Program-made: the position numbers and the translations under genes | The notes under the pieces: generated by a model | The model's input: the letters and a program-made list of their open reading frames with translations, nothing else | The model's database searches: none | What the model was told of the DNA's origin: nothing | From: Anaerohalosphaeraceae bacterium | GTDB lineage: Bacteria; Planctomycetota; Phycisphaerae; Sedimentisphaerales; Anaerohalosphaeraceae | Length of the DNA: 64,000 nt | Direction: 5' to 3' | NCBI GenBank assembly: GCA_963675525.2 | Contig: CAXXSL010000011.1 | Span: forward strand, 192,001-256,000 | In this document: positions 9,404-18,174 of the stretch, in pieces | How the letters are laid out: each line of letters opens with the position of its first letter | Numbering within the stretch: the stretch's first letter is position 1

Positions 9404-11386
9404 TTAAGGGAAATCATCAGAATATGAAGGTTGTTCAATCTCATTACCCTCCTCTGCCTTTTTGTTATTAGAATTATCGCTTTGAATTCGTTGAGTATTT
9501 CCGCTAAAAGTAGCAACCTCAAAAGGATTTACATTAAACTCAACAAAAATTAACCACGCAGAGGCTCCAACATTATTATATGGCCAGTGCTGCGGGAATT
9601 TTGCCGGCATAGAGGTTTGTTTGCCCTGTGACAATACTCCGCTATAACCGGTGAATGCAACATCATCCACAAAAATTACTGTGCCGGCAGGATTTCCGAC
9701 ATCTTTGCCAAAGGCCAGACCAATATGGACAAGTTTTTCAAGATCTACCTGATGGCGAAGTTTATCCAACTTGACTGAATACTTTTTCCAGGATTTATCA
9801 ATTCCCGGAAAAGTGATATCTGCTGATATCTGAGGTAAGTAATTCTTGGCATTCGCATCGCGGAATTCCACCTTTATTTGCGCTTCTTTGTCAGTGAGCG
9901 TTTTAGCCCAGAAAGAGAATGCCTTATATTGGCTTGCATCGAAGGGAGTAGTTCCATTTTCCGGTCCCAAGTCAATCCCTAGGCTTGACCATCCACGATT
10001 TTGGGTTAGACACATATCAGTTGCATTTACCAGACGGAAGGACTGAATGCCGTTATGTACATTCTCTTTCAGATATCCAGGACAATCCGGTGTATAATAC
10101 CAACTGTATGGTTCCTTAAATCCCGTTTTCTTTACAGCTTGCCAGTCCGGCTCTCCGTCTCCATAAAGCTCAATGTTCCCCAAAAGACAATTGGGATGAC
10201 TTTCAAAATGATCGATGAGGATATCTCCCGATTGGAACTGTTTGGTGATTTCTGGGAAGGTTATTCCGACAGAATGGGGAAGGGCTCCTAGGTCATTTTG
10301 AAGGTAACTAAGTGACTGCACAAGATCGCCGAGGGAATCTGTTTGGTGTCCAACTATTCTGGCTGCTAGGATATATCCTGCTGTTCCCTCGCACCAGATG
10401 CTCGGCATGGCTTGTTCAGCAAGAGTCACTTTCGAAAAGCCTGACAACTCATGATCCTGATAAGAAAATTTTTGAAGGTATTGGTCGATCCAAGGAAGGC
10501 CATTATGGATATATTTTTTAAAATCCGGTATGTTACAAAGATTTTCCGCTGCAGTTAGAGCCAGGATGGACCAGGTCTGGCTGTCCAGTCTCTCATGAAA
10601 CTGACTGATTTCCAAAGTGTTATTATCGCTGTATCCGGGATAATAACAGTGTTCTGTCAGATTCCACATCTCGCGGTGCAACCACTCTGCGGTTTTTAAG
10701 CAAGCCCGACGATATTCCTCCTTTTGGGTAACTTCGTATAAACCTGCCATAAAAGCTATAAAATCAACATTGTGCTCTGTACTTGTCCAGCTGAATAATT
10801 GGCCGTTCTCATCGTATCCCCCGGACACAGCCCCCGCGGCTTTTCCCTGACTGATCTGGAGTTTCAGCATGAAATCCGCCAATTCTTCAGCAGCCGTTAG
10901 ATATTTAATTTCATGGGTAACCACATGTAGCCGAAGCAAAGCAATTCCCATCCAGGCATTGGGGCCAACAGCAACTGGCCTTGCCGTTACCTGGCCGGTG
11001 CCGGCGTGATAGCCATCGGCCCAGGCTTTCAACTTTTTATCACGCAGTTTCAGCATCTTGTCTGCACAGGTTTTGGCGGTTTTAGTATGCCCGCCAGCAT
11101 TTAGAGCAATAATCGCTATGGCCTGGTCATACGTCCAGGCCGTATAATCCCCCGGCATGTCATAACTACGAAACAAACCGGTTTTGGAATTTTGTTGTTT
11201 TATTATCCACTGAGAAAGTCTGCTATTATTTGACGATTCATATAGAGCATTTTGACCTAAAGAATGAGAAGTAATAAAAATCATACAGGATATTAGCACC
11301 ACGCACAGAACGCATGCTAATGGGCTGTGCGGTTTCGAATATAGCCTTATGTAATTTGACATTTTCCTATTATCGAAATTTCTCAT
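9404..11386 (-). CDS. Secreted (alpha/alpha)6-barrel glycosidase-like protein with an inserted CBM11/CIA30-like domain
   Basis: Hydrophobic N-terminus; WTYDQAIAIIA, GPNAWMGIALL, STEHNVD and LDSQTW helices; DASQYKAFSFWAK...WKKYSVKL...VFVDDVAF beta-sandwich. Confidence 0.65.
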   Translation of the reverse strand: MRNFDNRKMSNYIRLYSKPHSPLACVLCVVLISCMIFITSHSLGQNALYESSNNSRLSQWIIKQQNSKTGLFRSYDMPGDYTAWTYDQAIAIIALNAGGHTKTAKTCADKMLKLRDKKLKAWADGYHAGTGQVTARPVAVGPNAWMGIALLRLHVVTHEIKYLTAAEELADFMLKLQISQGKAAGAVSGGYDENGQLFSWTSTEHNVDFIAFMAGLYEVTQKEEYRRACLKTAEWLHREMWNLTEHCYYPGYSDNNTLEISQFHERLDSQTWSILALTAAENLCNIPDFKKYIHNGLPWIDQYLQKFSYQDHELSGFSKVTLAEQAMPSIWCEGTAGYILAARIVGHQTDSLGDLVQSLSYLQNDLGALPHSVGITFPEITKQFQSGDILIDHFESHPNCLLGNIELYGDGEPDWQAVKKTGFKEPYSWYYTPDCPGYLKENVHNGIQSFRLVNATDMCLTQNRGWSSLGIDLGPENGTTPFDASQYKAFSFWAKTLTDKEAQIKVEFRDANAKNYLPQISADITFPGIDKSWKKYSVKLDKLRHQVDLEKLVHIGLAFGKDVGNPAGTVIFVDDVAFTGYSGVLSQGKQTSMPAKFPQHWPYNNVGASAWLIFVEFNVNPFEVATFSGNTQRIQSDNSNNKKAEEGNEIEQPSYSDDFP

Positions 11387-11462
11387 GTTCTGATGATTTT
11401 ATAATTCTGTTTTATTTTGCTCAAGACGCCCCATTTTCACCTCCGCTTTTATCGTCGTTATA

Positions 11463-14400
11463 TTAAGAATTTTCCATGTCCTCGAATTCAGGAGGCTCTT
11501 GTTCTATGATTTTTTCAAGCAATTCAGGGGCTATTGAGCCATAAACAACGTCATCTTTCGAAAATGTTGTAGATTCGGCGTACTCTATCAATTTCTCATC
11601 TAACATGAAGATATTTCTTTTTACATCGTGTAATCCACCATTATACACAATTGTTTTAAGGCAATTCCAAAGAAAATCAGTTTTATCAGCTTGGATTGAC
11701 TTTTTACAGCTTTCTACATAAGCTTCAAGAATCCCCATTATATAATCTTCCTGTGCTTCTGAGGTGCGAAAGCTATATCTTTTACATACAACCTCTCTTA
11801 TGTTATCTTTCCGTATTTGTATCAGTTCTTCTGTTATGTAATTTTCATATGATTCAGCTAATTTCTGGAACCACTCAGAAGCTTTAAATATATCTTCGTA
11901 TGGATTCATTGACTCTGAAAAACAAGGGCAGGCTAAGTCAATGTTCTGTAAAGCATTCAAGATTATTGCTAATATATATATTGGGCGAAATGAATCTGAA
12001 GTATTATTGAAAATATTTAGATCAACAGCTGATGCTGACCATTTATACAACGTTTCTGGTATGCTATCAATATTATTAAGATGCACACATTTTTCATATA
12101 ATTCCTCAGAAAGCCCTTGGATTTGTTTTTGGATATGTTGAGAATTATCCGTCCATCTTTTGTCAACATCTGGCTTTATCAGATAGGCTTTCAGCTCATA
12201 TAATGTACCAAGATAGCGAAGCAGTGATTTATTTAATATATCAATCTCGGCATCCAGTTGTTCCTGAATTGAACAAATCGGAACGACCTTAATAAGTTCA
12301 CTCCATATACCCAAGTGACATGGGTCTTTTTTAACAAGCTCAATCAATTCATTCGCAATTATAGAATCTTTCTTTAAAGACCATTCTTCTTGAGCTTCTT
12401 TAATTGGCGATTCAATGTTACTAAGTTTAAAATCATAAACACTTCTGGAACGATTCCACTTAAATACAACGTCACTTCGATTAGGCCCAGTCAGGTTTAT
12501 ATTAATTCCCTGATCTACAAATATGTCTAGAAGTTGGTTAATGGTTCTACTTAATTGTCGTTGTGAAAAAGTTAAAGTTGGTATCTGTCCATTGGCTTGT
12601 CGAAAGAATAACAATAGTTCCGGTAAATATAACCTATGATTGCGTGTTCCGTATATTAATAAGCCTGCAGTTAAATCATCAATTTGAATTGGATCAGTCG
12701 GTTTTTTTGTATTAGAAAGATGAATTGTCAGCTTAGGTGGCTCAAAGCTCGTAACTTCAATTGATAGTTCTAAATCTTCCAAGCACTCTGCATCATCCTC
12801 ACTTTTTTTCTTGACCTCCTCTATGTAATTTAGAATCTCATCTTTTAAGCATTTTATATGATCGGATAGCACAATAAGAATATCACTATCAATAGAAGAG
12901 TTGAGTACATCAAGTTTATCGTCTATATTTTTAAGTTCATTCAAAACCGCAGATGGATTATGATTGGGTAGAATAGAGACTGTGCGATTAATTGAAAGCA
13001 AACTATTGTCCAGGTGTTCTAGGGCGTCTATGATTCCGTCATGTAAAGTCGAATCAATAGATAAAAGGTGTTGGTTAATTTCCTCTTTGCACTGTTGATA
13101 TTCAAGAAGAACATTCTGGGTTTTTTGTCTTGCGTTTCGAATGGATCTTTTCAACCTTGTTCGATCACGAACGAGCCATAGGGTGAATCCCATTAGGACG
13201 ATTGCCAGTCCTGCCATATAGGGTATCAATTTTTTCAAGTAATACAAAAAAATGATACGCTGAACTTCGTTTGCCGCATTGTGAATTTGAAGCTCTATCT
13301 TTTGAGGATCCTGCGTTTGTTTGATTGCTCCCAAGATGCCATAGAAGTTATTCAGTACGAGATCATTTTCAAACTCTGTCCAAAATGACAAAGCTGGATA
13401 TGTTTCTCCGGAATCGATTAATTTATTTAAATCGATTTCCAATAAAGGATACTGATTCATTGTTTTGTGAAGTGCATCCATTCTGGCAGGAATAGCGATG
13501 GTATGATTTGACATTTCCAGGCTGTTTTGCAAATTGGTCAGATAGTTGACAAGATCACAATCCAATTTTCTTTGTGTTTGTAATCGGGTTGATGTTGTAA
13601 TAGCTAAGTGGCTACCGCCAATGAATGTGTGTGGTCCATCTGTGAATAATTGTGGCAATAAGGCCACTTTAATATGCGAAGAGTCAACGCTATTCTTAAA
13701 ATAATTGTATAAGGCCAATGGTCCTACAAAAGCATCGTAATCTCCCTTTACAAGTCCTGCCGCTTGGTCCATCAATATCGGTTTTCTTTGCGAGGAGGAA
13801 GTAGTTAAATAATATACAAGCCCCTCTTTACTTATATTTCTTAGCTGTAATATTCCATCAATAGCTTCTTCTCTGTTGAACCCCGACTTCCAGTAGAAAA
13901 ATTTTTTCTCAATAATCTTCCCGTTCCAAAAATATCGGAGTGTGTTGTGTAAGATGTCCCAATTTCTTTCTAAGGTCACACAAAAGGGAGATTTTCCAGT
14001 TTTCTCTTTACGTTGGATAAGACACTTATGAAACATTTCAAAGTTTTGTATTAAATTCACGTCGTCCGTTAACTCCAATCTGTAAAAAAGCACACGGAGA
14101 TCAAATTGCCAAGGAACAGCATAAAAGTTATTATTATGTTGACAGCTGCGAAGGATTTTTTCTGGATAATTTTCTGAATCGATGTTTTGTTGCCATTTGT
14201 CTATAATGTTCTGATCAATTAGATGAGTTGTCCATGTGCTGGGAACCTGAATGATGTTGAATTCTGAATGAAGTGATTTTATTTCATTAAGAGATTGCGT
14301 CCAGGATGCAAAGTGAATCTTTATCTTAACGTCTTGTGCTTTGGCAAAATCAGAAAGTGTATCACAAATCCAGTGCTGTTTGCCCAATTCTAAGTCTTCC

Positions 14401-14627
14401 CATTCTTTAAGGGTGTTATCAAAAATCAAATACGGTGAGTATTTCACGTCGTCAAAAGAGAAAGGCTGAATTTCTTGATCAATTGGCTCAAGGGGCATTA
14501 AAAGGATTGAGATTTCGTTTCCGAAAACTGCTGAGGGTGAGAAAAACCCGAAAAGAAAAATTAAGGACCTTATTAAATATTTTACAAAGAAACGTTTTCC
14601 CGCAAACATTGCTCTTGTATCGTCCAT
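11463..14627 (-). CDS. Membrane-spanning one-component sensor: sugar-type solute-binding domain, TM helix, coiled coil, putative SARP-like winged-HTH/BTAD region
   Basis: AAGGAG RBS; signal peptide; YAVPWQFDLRVLFYR and TFIGGSHLAI SBP motifs; TM YMAGLAIVLMGFTLWLV; LSIEVTSF...AGLLIY...RQLSRTINQLL and LVKKDPCHLGIWSELIK resemble SARP/BTAD. Confidence 0.65.
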   Translation of the reverse strand: MDDTRAMFAGKRFFVKYLIRSLIFLFGFFSPSAVFGNEISILLMPLEPIDQEIQPFSFDDVKYSPYLIFDNTLKEWEDLELGKQHWICDTLSDFAKAQDVKIKIHFASWTQSLNEIKSLHSEFNIIQVPSTWTTHLIDQNIIDKWQQNIDSENYPEKILRSCQHNNNFYAVPWQFDLRVLFYRLELTDDVNLIQNFEMFHKCLIQRKEKTGKSPFCVTLERNWDILHNTLRYFWNGKIIEKKFFYWKSGFNREEAIDGILQLRNISKEGLVYYLTTSSSQRKPILMDQAAGLVKGDYDAFVGPLALYNYFKNSVDSSHIKVALLPQLFTDGPHTFIGGSHLAITTSTRLQTQRKLDCDLVNYLTNLQNSLEMSNHTIAIPARMDALHKTMNQYPLLEIDLNKLIDSGETYPALSFWTEFENDLVLNNFYGILGAIKQTQDPQKIELQIHNAANEVQRIIFLYYLKKLIPYMAGLAIVLMGFTLWLVRDRTRLKRSIRNARQKTQNVLLEYQQCKEEINQHLLSIDSTLHDGIIDALEHLDNSLLSINRTVSILPNHNPSAVLNELKNIDDKLDVLNSSIDSDILIVLSDHIKCLKDEILNYIEEVKKKSEDDAECLEDLELSIEVTSFEPPKLTIHLSNTKKPTDPIQIDDLTAGLLIYGTRNHRLYLPELLLFFRQANGQIPTLTFSQRQLSRTINQLLDIFVDQGININLTGPNRSDVVFKWNRSRSVYDFKLSNIESPIKEAQEEWSLKKDSIIANELIELVKKDPCHLGIWSELIKVVPICSIQEQLDAEIDILNKSLLRYLGTLYELKAYLIKPDVDKRWTDNSQHIQKQIQGLSEELYEKCVHLNNIDSIPETLYKWSASAVDLNIFNNTSDSFRPIYILAIILNALQNIDLACPCFSESMNPYEDIFKASEWFQKLAESYENYITEELIQIRKDNIREVVCKRYSFRTSEAQEDYIMGILEAYVESCKKSIQADKTDFLWNCLKTIVYNGGLHDVKRNIFMLDEKLIEYAESTTFSKDDVVYGSIAPELLEKIIEQEPPEFEDMENS

Positions 14628-14804
14628 TTATAGACTCCTTAGTGAGATTTACCTGCTGCTTAACTTACCCTCATAGCAGTAAAAATCACCCAATAATATA
14701 CATTGTTTTTTTAGATAACACAAGGTCATTTTGTGGCAAAAGTCTCCAGTAACGAGTTGGATCATCCGGTTAAAATATTCAATCTCACCTATAAAAAGCC
14801 CCTT

Positions 14805-14837
14805 TCCGCGGACTGTCCGCAGACAGGACAATATTAC
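14805..14837 (+). promoter_or_regulatory. Island promoter element, copy 3
   Basis: TCCGCGGACTGTCCGCAGACAGGACAATATTAC upstream of the PIG-L gene. Confidence 0.75.
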
Positions 14838-14904
14838 AGAGAGGCTGGACAATAAAATAGTGGGTGACTAATTGTGAAAAAGTTTGAATCGAGGCGCAAA
14901 TTAA

Positions 14905-15585
14905 ATGACAACAAAAAAACTTAAAAAGTATAAGAGAAAAAGAAAAGTTGTTTTGAAGGTTATCTTCGTGGGAAGCCACCCGGACGATATCGAACTGGGT
15001 TGTGGAGGCTCCGTGTCATATTACATAGAAAAAGGCTATGATGTCTGGTGCATTTTTTTGACAAAAGGAGAAAAAGGACTTGGACCCAAAAATGCTTCGG
15101 ATAATCGAGTCAGCGAGTCAATTGAGGCGCTTCACTACCTAGGCGTCAAAAGGGAAAATATTGTTTTCGGGGATTTTGAGGATACACGGATTCCGGGCTC
15201 GTTTGAAGTAATTCATTTTCTTGAAGCGTTTAATTTTGGCAATCCGGAAGATATTTACGCGGTCTTTTTTCATTCTGAGTCTGATTATCATCAGGACCAT
15301 CAGGTGACCTCAAAGGCTTGCCAAACGGCTTTTCGTCATGTCAGACGCATGCTAATGTACGAATCTCCCTCGGTTACGTCATCATTTGCTCCTTCTGTTT
15401 TTATCGATATTAGTGCCTATATCAGAAGAAAAATCCATGCCTTGCGATGCCATAAAAGTCAAACAGCTCAACAGAAAATTTATATGGAGTACAAGGCAAT
15501 GATGTGCATCAGCCGATTTCGTGGGCATCAGATTGGAAAACGATATGCCGAAGCATTTGAAAGTAAAAGATACCTTATGACGTAG
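14905..15585 (+). CDS. PIG-L family (LmbE-like) Zn deacetylase
   Basis: SHPDDIELGCGG, TKGE, HQDH and YAEAF motifs. Confidence 0.9.
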   Translation: MTTKKLKKYKRKRKVVLKVIFVGSHPDDIELGCGGSVSYYIEKGYDVWCIFLTKGEKGLGPKNASDNRVSESIEALHYLGVKRENIVFGDFEDTRIPGSFEVIHFLEAFNFGNPEDIYAVFFHSESDYHQDHQVTSKACQTAFRHVRRMLMYESPSVTSSFAPSVFIDISAYIRRKIHALRCHKSQTAQQKIYMEYKAMMCISRFRGHQIGKRYAEAFESKRYLMT

Positions 15586-15598
15586 TACATCTTGGACG

Positions 15599-15628
15599 GC
15601 GGACTGTCCGCGGACAAGACAGTATTAC
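15599..15628 (+). promoter_or_regulatory. Island promoter element, copy 4
   Basis: GCGGACTGTCCGCGGACAAGACAGTATTAC, 27/30 identical to 14808-14837, upstream of the AAA ATPase. Confidence 0.75.
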
Positions 15629-15689
15629 GGAAAACGATATCAAAAAAGACAACAGACGAATAATGATTAATTGCATGAGAGGATAATTT

Positions 15690-17360
15690 ATGAATTCAGG
15701 AATAAATCAACCAAATCCCAACCCAGAAGTCGTTCGTTTAGTGGATTCGATGTTAAATCAACTGAGAATGAAGCCGGACACAGGATTGGCAATGGTTAAG
15801 CAGACATTGAGCAGACAGCCTGAATTAGTCAGATTGGTGTTGATTGAAAGACTGGCTAAACACTATTCGACATCAAATCCTGAGTATCTGCGGAAAATTG
15901 AAACTCAAATCAAGCTTTTGAAACAAGCACCTCGCAACTTAGCTATTTTGGAGGCGGTAAGAGATGATGAAATGGGCAGGTTTGCAACTGTCAAGGACGG
16001 GAACACACTGTCGGAAGTGGAGGTGTCCGGCGACGTAACAGAAGAAGAATTGGTCCCGGGATGCCGAGTTGTCCTGCCAAAAATGGCTGGAGCCATCGTA
16101 GGGACCAGAGGCTTGTCCCCGGCTTGTCCAGCAGCAGAATTTGAACGAGTTCTTTCCGACGGCCGCCTGTTGATGAAAATCGGCACTGAACATCTCGTCC
16201 TGGGGCGGGGAGGTGAATTAACCAGTGAAGAAGTAATACAAAAGTTAAAACCTGGAGATTTGCTGGAATACGAGACTGCGATTAATTGCGCCCTTAGAAT
16301 TGCGCAGAAATCTGTCAAAACCGCACAGTATATTAATGAACCCCCAGATGTGGATTGGAAAGACGTTGGCGGGATGGAAGAAATCAAAGAAACCATCGAA
16401 CGTGAAGTATTAGGACCCATACTGTATGCTAAAACTTATAATTTCTATGGTGTAAAACCTCCGCGAGGAATCTTGTTTGAAGGCGCACCGGGTGTAGGCA
16501 AGACGATGATGATTAAAGCGATGGGGACGTCACTGCTTACGGCACTGAAGTTGCCCAAAGACGCACCTGTTTTATTCCAAGTCAAAGGCTCGTCGCTTTC
16601 AAGCCCATATTTCGGCGAAAGTGCGGCAAACGTCAGAGCGTTAGGTGCAGCGGCCCGTGATGCCGCTAAAGAATTTGGGCTATCAATCATTTTATTAGAC
16701 GATTTTGAATATAATGGTGGTTTGCACAGAGGCACAAATGATTTAAGTACAACGGGGGACTCAAAACTGACGGCCGCACTGATATCAGAAATGGAGGGAT
16801 TAAACACAAATGGCCGTATTGTCTGGGCAGCAACCGCCAATCGAGTCGATCTAGTCGATAGCGCCTTGCTTAGGGCGGGCCGATTTACCAAGAAAATCTC
16901 TGTTCCCCGACCCGGACCTGAGGGTTGTATGAAGATTCTTGGTGTCCATCTCCAAGACAAACCGATCGCTATCGGCAATACTATTGATGAACTGGCTGAA
17001 AAAGTGGTTCAGCAAGTTTTTACTTATAATGATGAAAATCTCTTACTTCGACTTAATTATTACGATGGGGGAGAGCAGGAGGAGATCTTTCCGCCGCGAA
17101 TTGTCAGTGGTGCGATGTTGGCAGAAGCTGTGCGTTGCGCAGGACTTCATGCAATTCGCAGAGATTTGTCGGAGAATTTACAGAAACCAAGCGGGATCAC
17201 CTTCGATGATATGATGGCAGCATTAGATGAGCAGTTCGGCGCAACGATTCATGCAATTCAACCATCGAATGCACACCTGCACTATTTGGACCTGCCGGCC
17301 AGTCGAAGAGTGGTTGATGTGGAACATGTTTGGAAAAATCGCCATGAGATCATGGCCTAA
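15690..17360 (+). CDS. ARC/Mpa-like (proteasome-associated family) AAA+ ATPase
   Basis: Coiled coil ending QIKLLKQAP; two OB-like domains (ELVPGCRVVL, KLKPGDLL); PPDVDWKDVGG; Walker A GAPGVGKT; pore loop PYFGES; SRH NRVDLVDSALLRAGRF; ARC-type C-terminal LNYYDGGEQE...SGAML. Confidence 0.85.
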   Translation: MNSGINQPNPNPEVVRLVDSMLNQLRMKPDTGLAMVKQTLSRQPELVRLVLIERLAKHYSTSNPEYLRKIETQIKLLKQAPRNLAILEAVRDDEMGRFATVKDGNTLSEVEVSGDVTEEELVPGCRVVLPKMAGAIVGTRGLSPACPAAEFERVLSDGRLLMKIGTEHLVLGRGGELTSEEVIQKLKPGDLLEYETAINCALRIAQKSVKTAQYINEPPDVDWKDVGGMEEIKETIEREVLGPILYAKTYNFYGVKPPRGILFEGAPGVGKTMMIKAMGTSLLTALKLPKDAPVLFQVKGSSLSSPYFGESAANVRALGAAARDAAKEFGLSIILLDDFEYNGGLHRGTNDLSTTGDSKLTAALISEMEGLNTNGRIVWAATANRVDLVDSALLRAGRFTKKISVPRPGPEGCMKILGVHLQDKPIAIGNTIDELAEKVVQQVFTYNDENLLLRLNYYDGGEQEEIFPPRIVSGAMLAEAVRCAGLHAIRRDLSENLQKPSGITFDDMMAALDEQFGATIHAIQPSNAHLHYLDLPASRRVVDVEHVWKNRHEIMA

Positions 17361-17385
17361 TCTATGCAAAGAAAGGATAAATATC

Positions 17386-17760
17386 ATGGGACAAATTGAA
17401 AGACATGGCGATCGGAACAGAAATAAATTGCAAGAGGATATAAATTCCAGCAAACAAGATGGTTTGCTCGCGGAAGTGGCATCAGATGATCGAAGAGTCC
17501 AGTTAGCTATTGAGGGAGATGAAACAATAGGCCAAGTTAAACTTAAGGCTCTGGCAGAAATGCAGATTCCCGCTGCAAATCCTGAACGGTACATCGTCAT
17601 CGGTGCCAATCGACAACCAGTTGATGACAATCAGTTGCTCAATGATGTACTGAAACAGGGAGATGCATTGGAATTCCGCTTGATCCCGCAAGTTGCATTC
17701 GGGTGGAAAAAAATGCTGATGCCGTTTTTCAGGATGGTACGATGCCTGATCCACTGCTAA
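17386..17760 (+). CDS. Ubiquitin-like (beta-grasp) protein precursor, 124 aa; predicted mature C-terminus ...PQVAFG106
   Basis: AAAGGA RBS before ATG 17386; VQLAIEGDETIGQVKLKAL...PVDDNQLLND...EFRLIPQVAFG ubiquitin-like pattern; operon context. Confidence 0.8.
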   Translation: MGQIERHGDRNRNKLQEDINSSKQDGLLAEVASDDRRVQLAIEGDETIGQVKLKALAEMQIPAANPERYIVIGANRQPVDDNQLLNDVLKQGDALEFRLIPQVAFGWKKMLMPFFRMVRCLIHC

Positions 17761-18173
17761 ATTTTAATTTCGACACAGACTATAAAAACAGCCGCCAAAT
17801 CGCCACTTTTTACAGTGTACGAATATGGAATCGGGGAAGGCTAGTTTTTATAGGGTGCCCATGTAGGGATGGCCGAACGCTGTTGGCACAAATTTGTTGT
17901 CAAGAGTATCCGGATAAACTGCCACGTGTAACCTTTTTAAATCCTGTCACGGCTAAACCATCCGAAGAGAACAGGTTTTGGCCGACAGGGATCATAAAGA
18001 TCCCAGGTGCCTCAGGATACAAGGAGTTGTGTCTGGCAGGAACCGAAACCTATAAAAGGGCCCATCCCGAATTCCCTCCCCCCAATCACAGCCTGTCTGA
18101 GTTGATAGAGATTGTAATCAACTTATGCCAAGGACACGCAAACAGGATCAGATTAACTCAAGGGAGACACTAA
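17742..18173 (+). CDS. Prokaryotic E2-like (UBC-fold) conjugating enzyme
   Basis: YPDKLPRVTFLNP (cf. YPxxPPxVxF); FWP; LCLAGTETYKRAHP with candidate catalytic Cys at 18030-18032; ATG 17742 has an AGGA RBS (alternative GTG at 17703). Confidence 0.75.
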   Translation: MPDPLLNFNFDTDYKNSRQIATFYSVRIWNRGRLVFIGCPCRDGRTLLAQICCQEYPDKLPRVTFLNPVTAKPSEENRFWPTGIIKIPGASGYKELCLAGTETYKRAHPEFPPPNHSLSELIEIVINLCQGHANRIRLTQGRH

Positions 18174-18174
18174 G

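Noticed and set aside
17227..17385. Longer 177-aa version of the Ubl ORF
   Set aside because: It overlaps the ATPase 3' end by more than 130 nt; ATG 17386 has a clear RBS just after the ATPase stop
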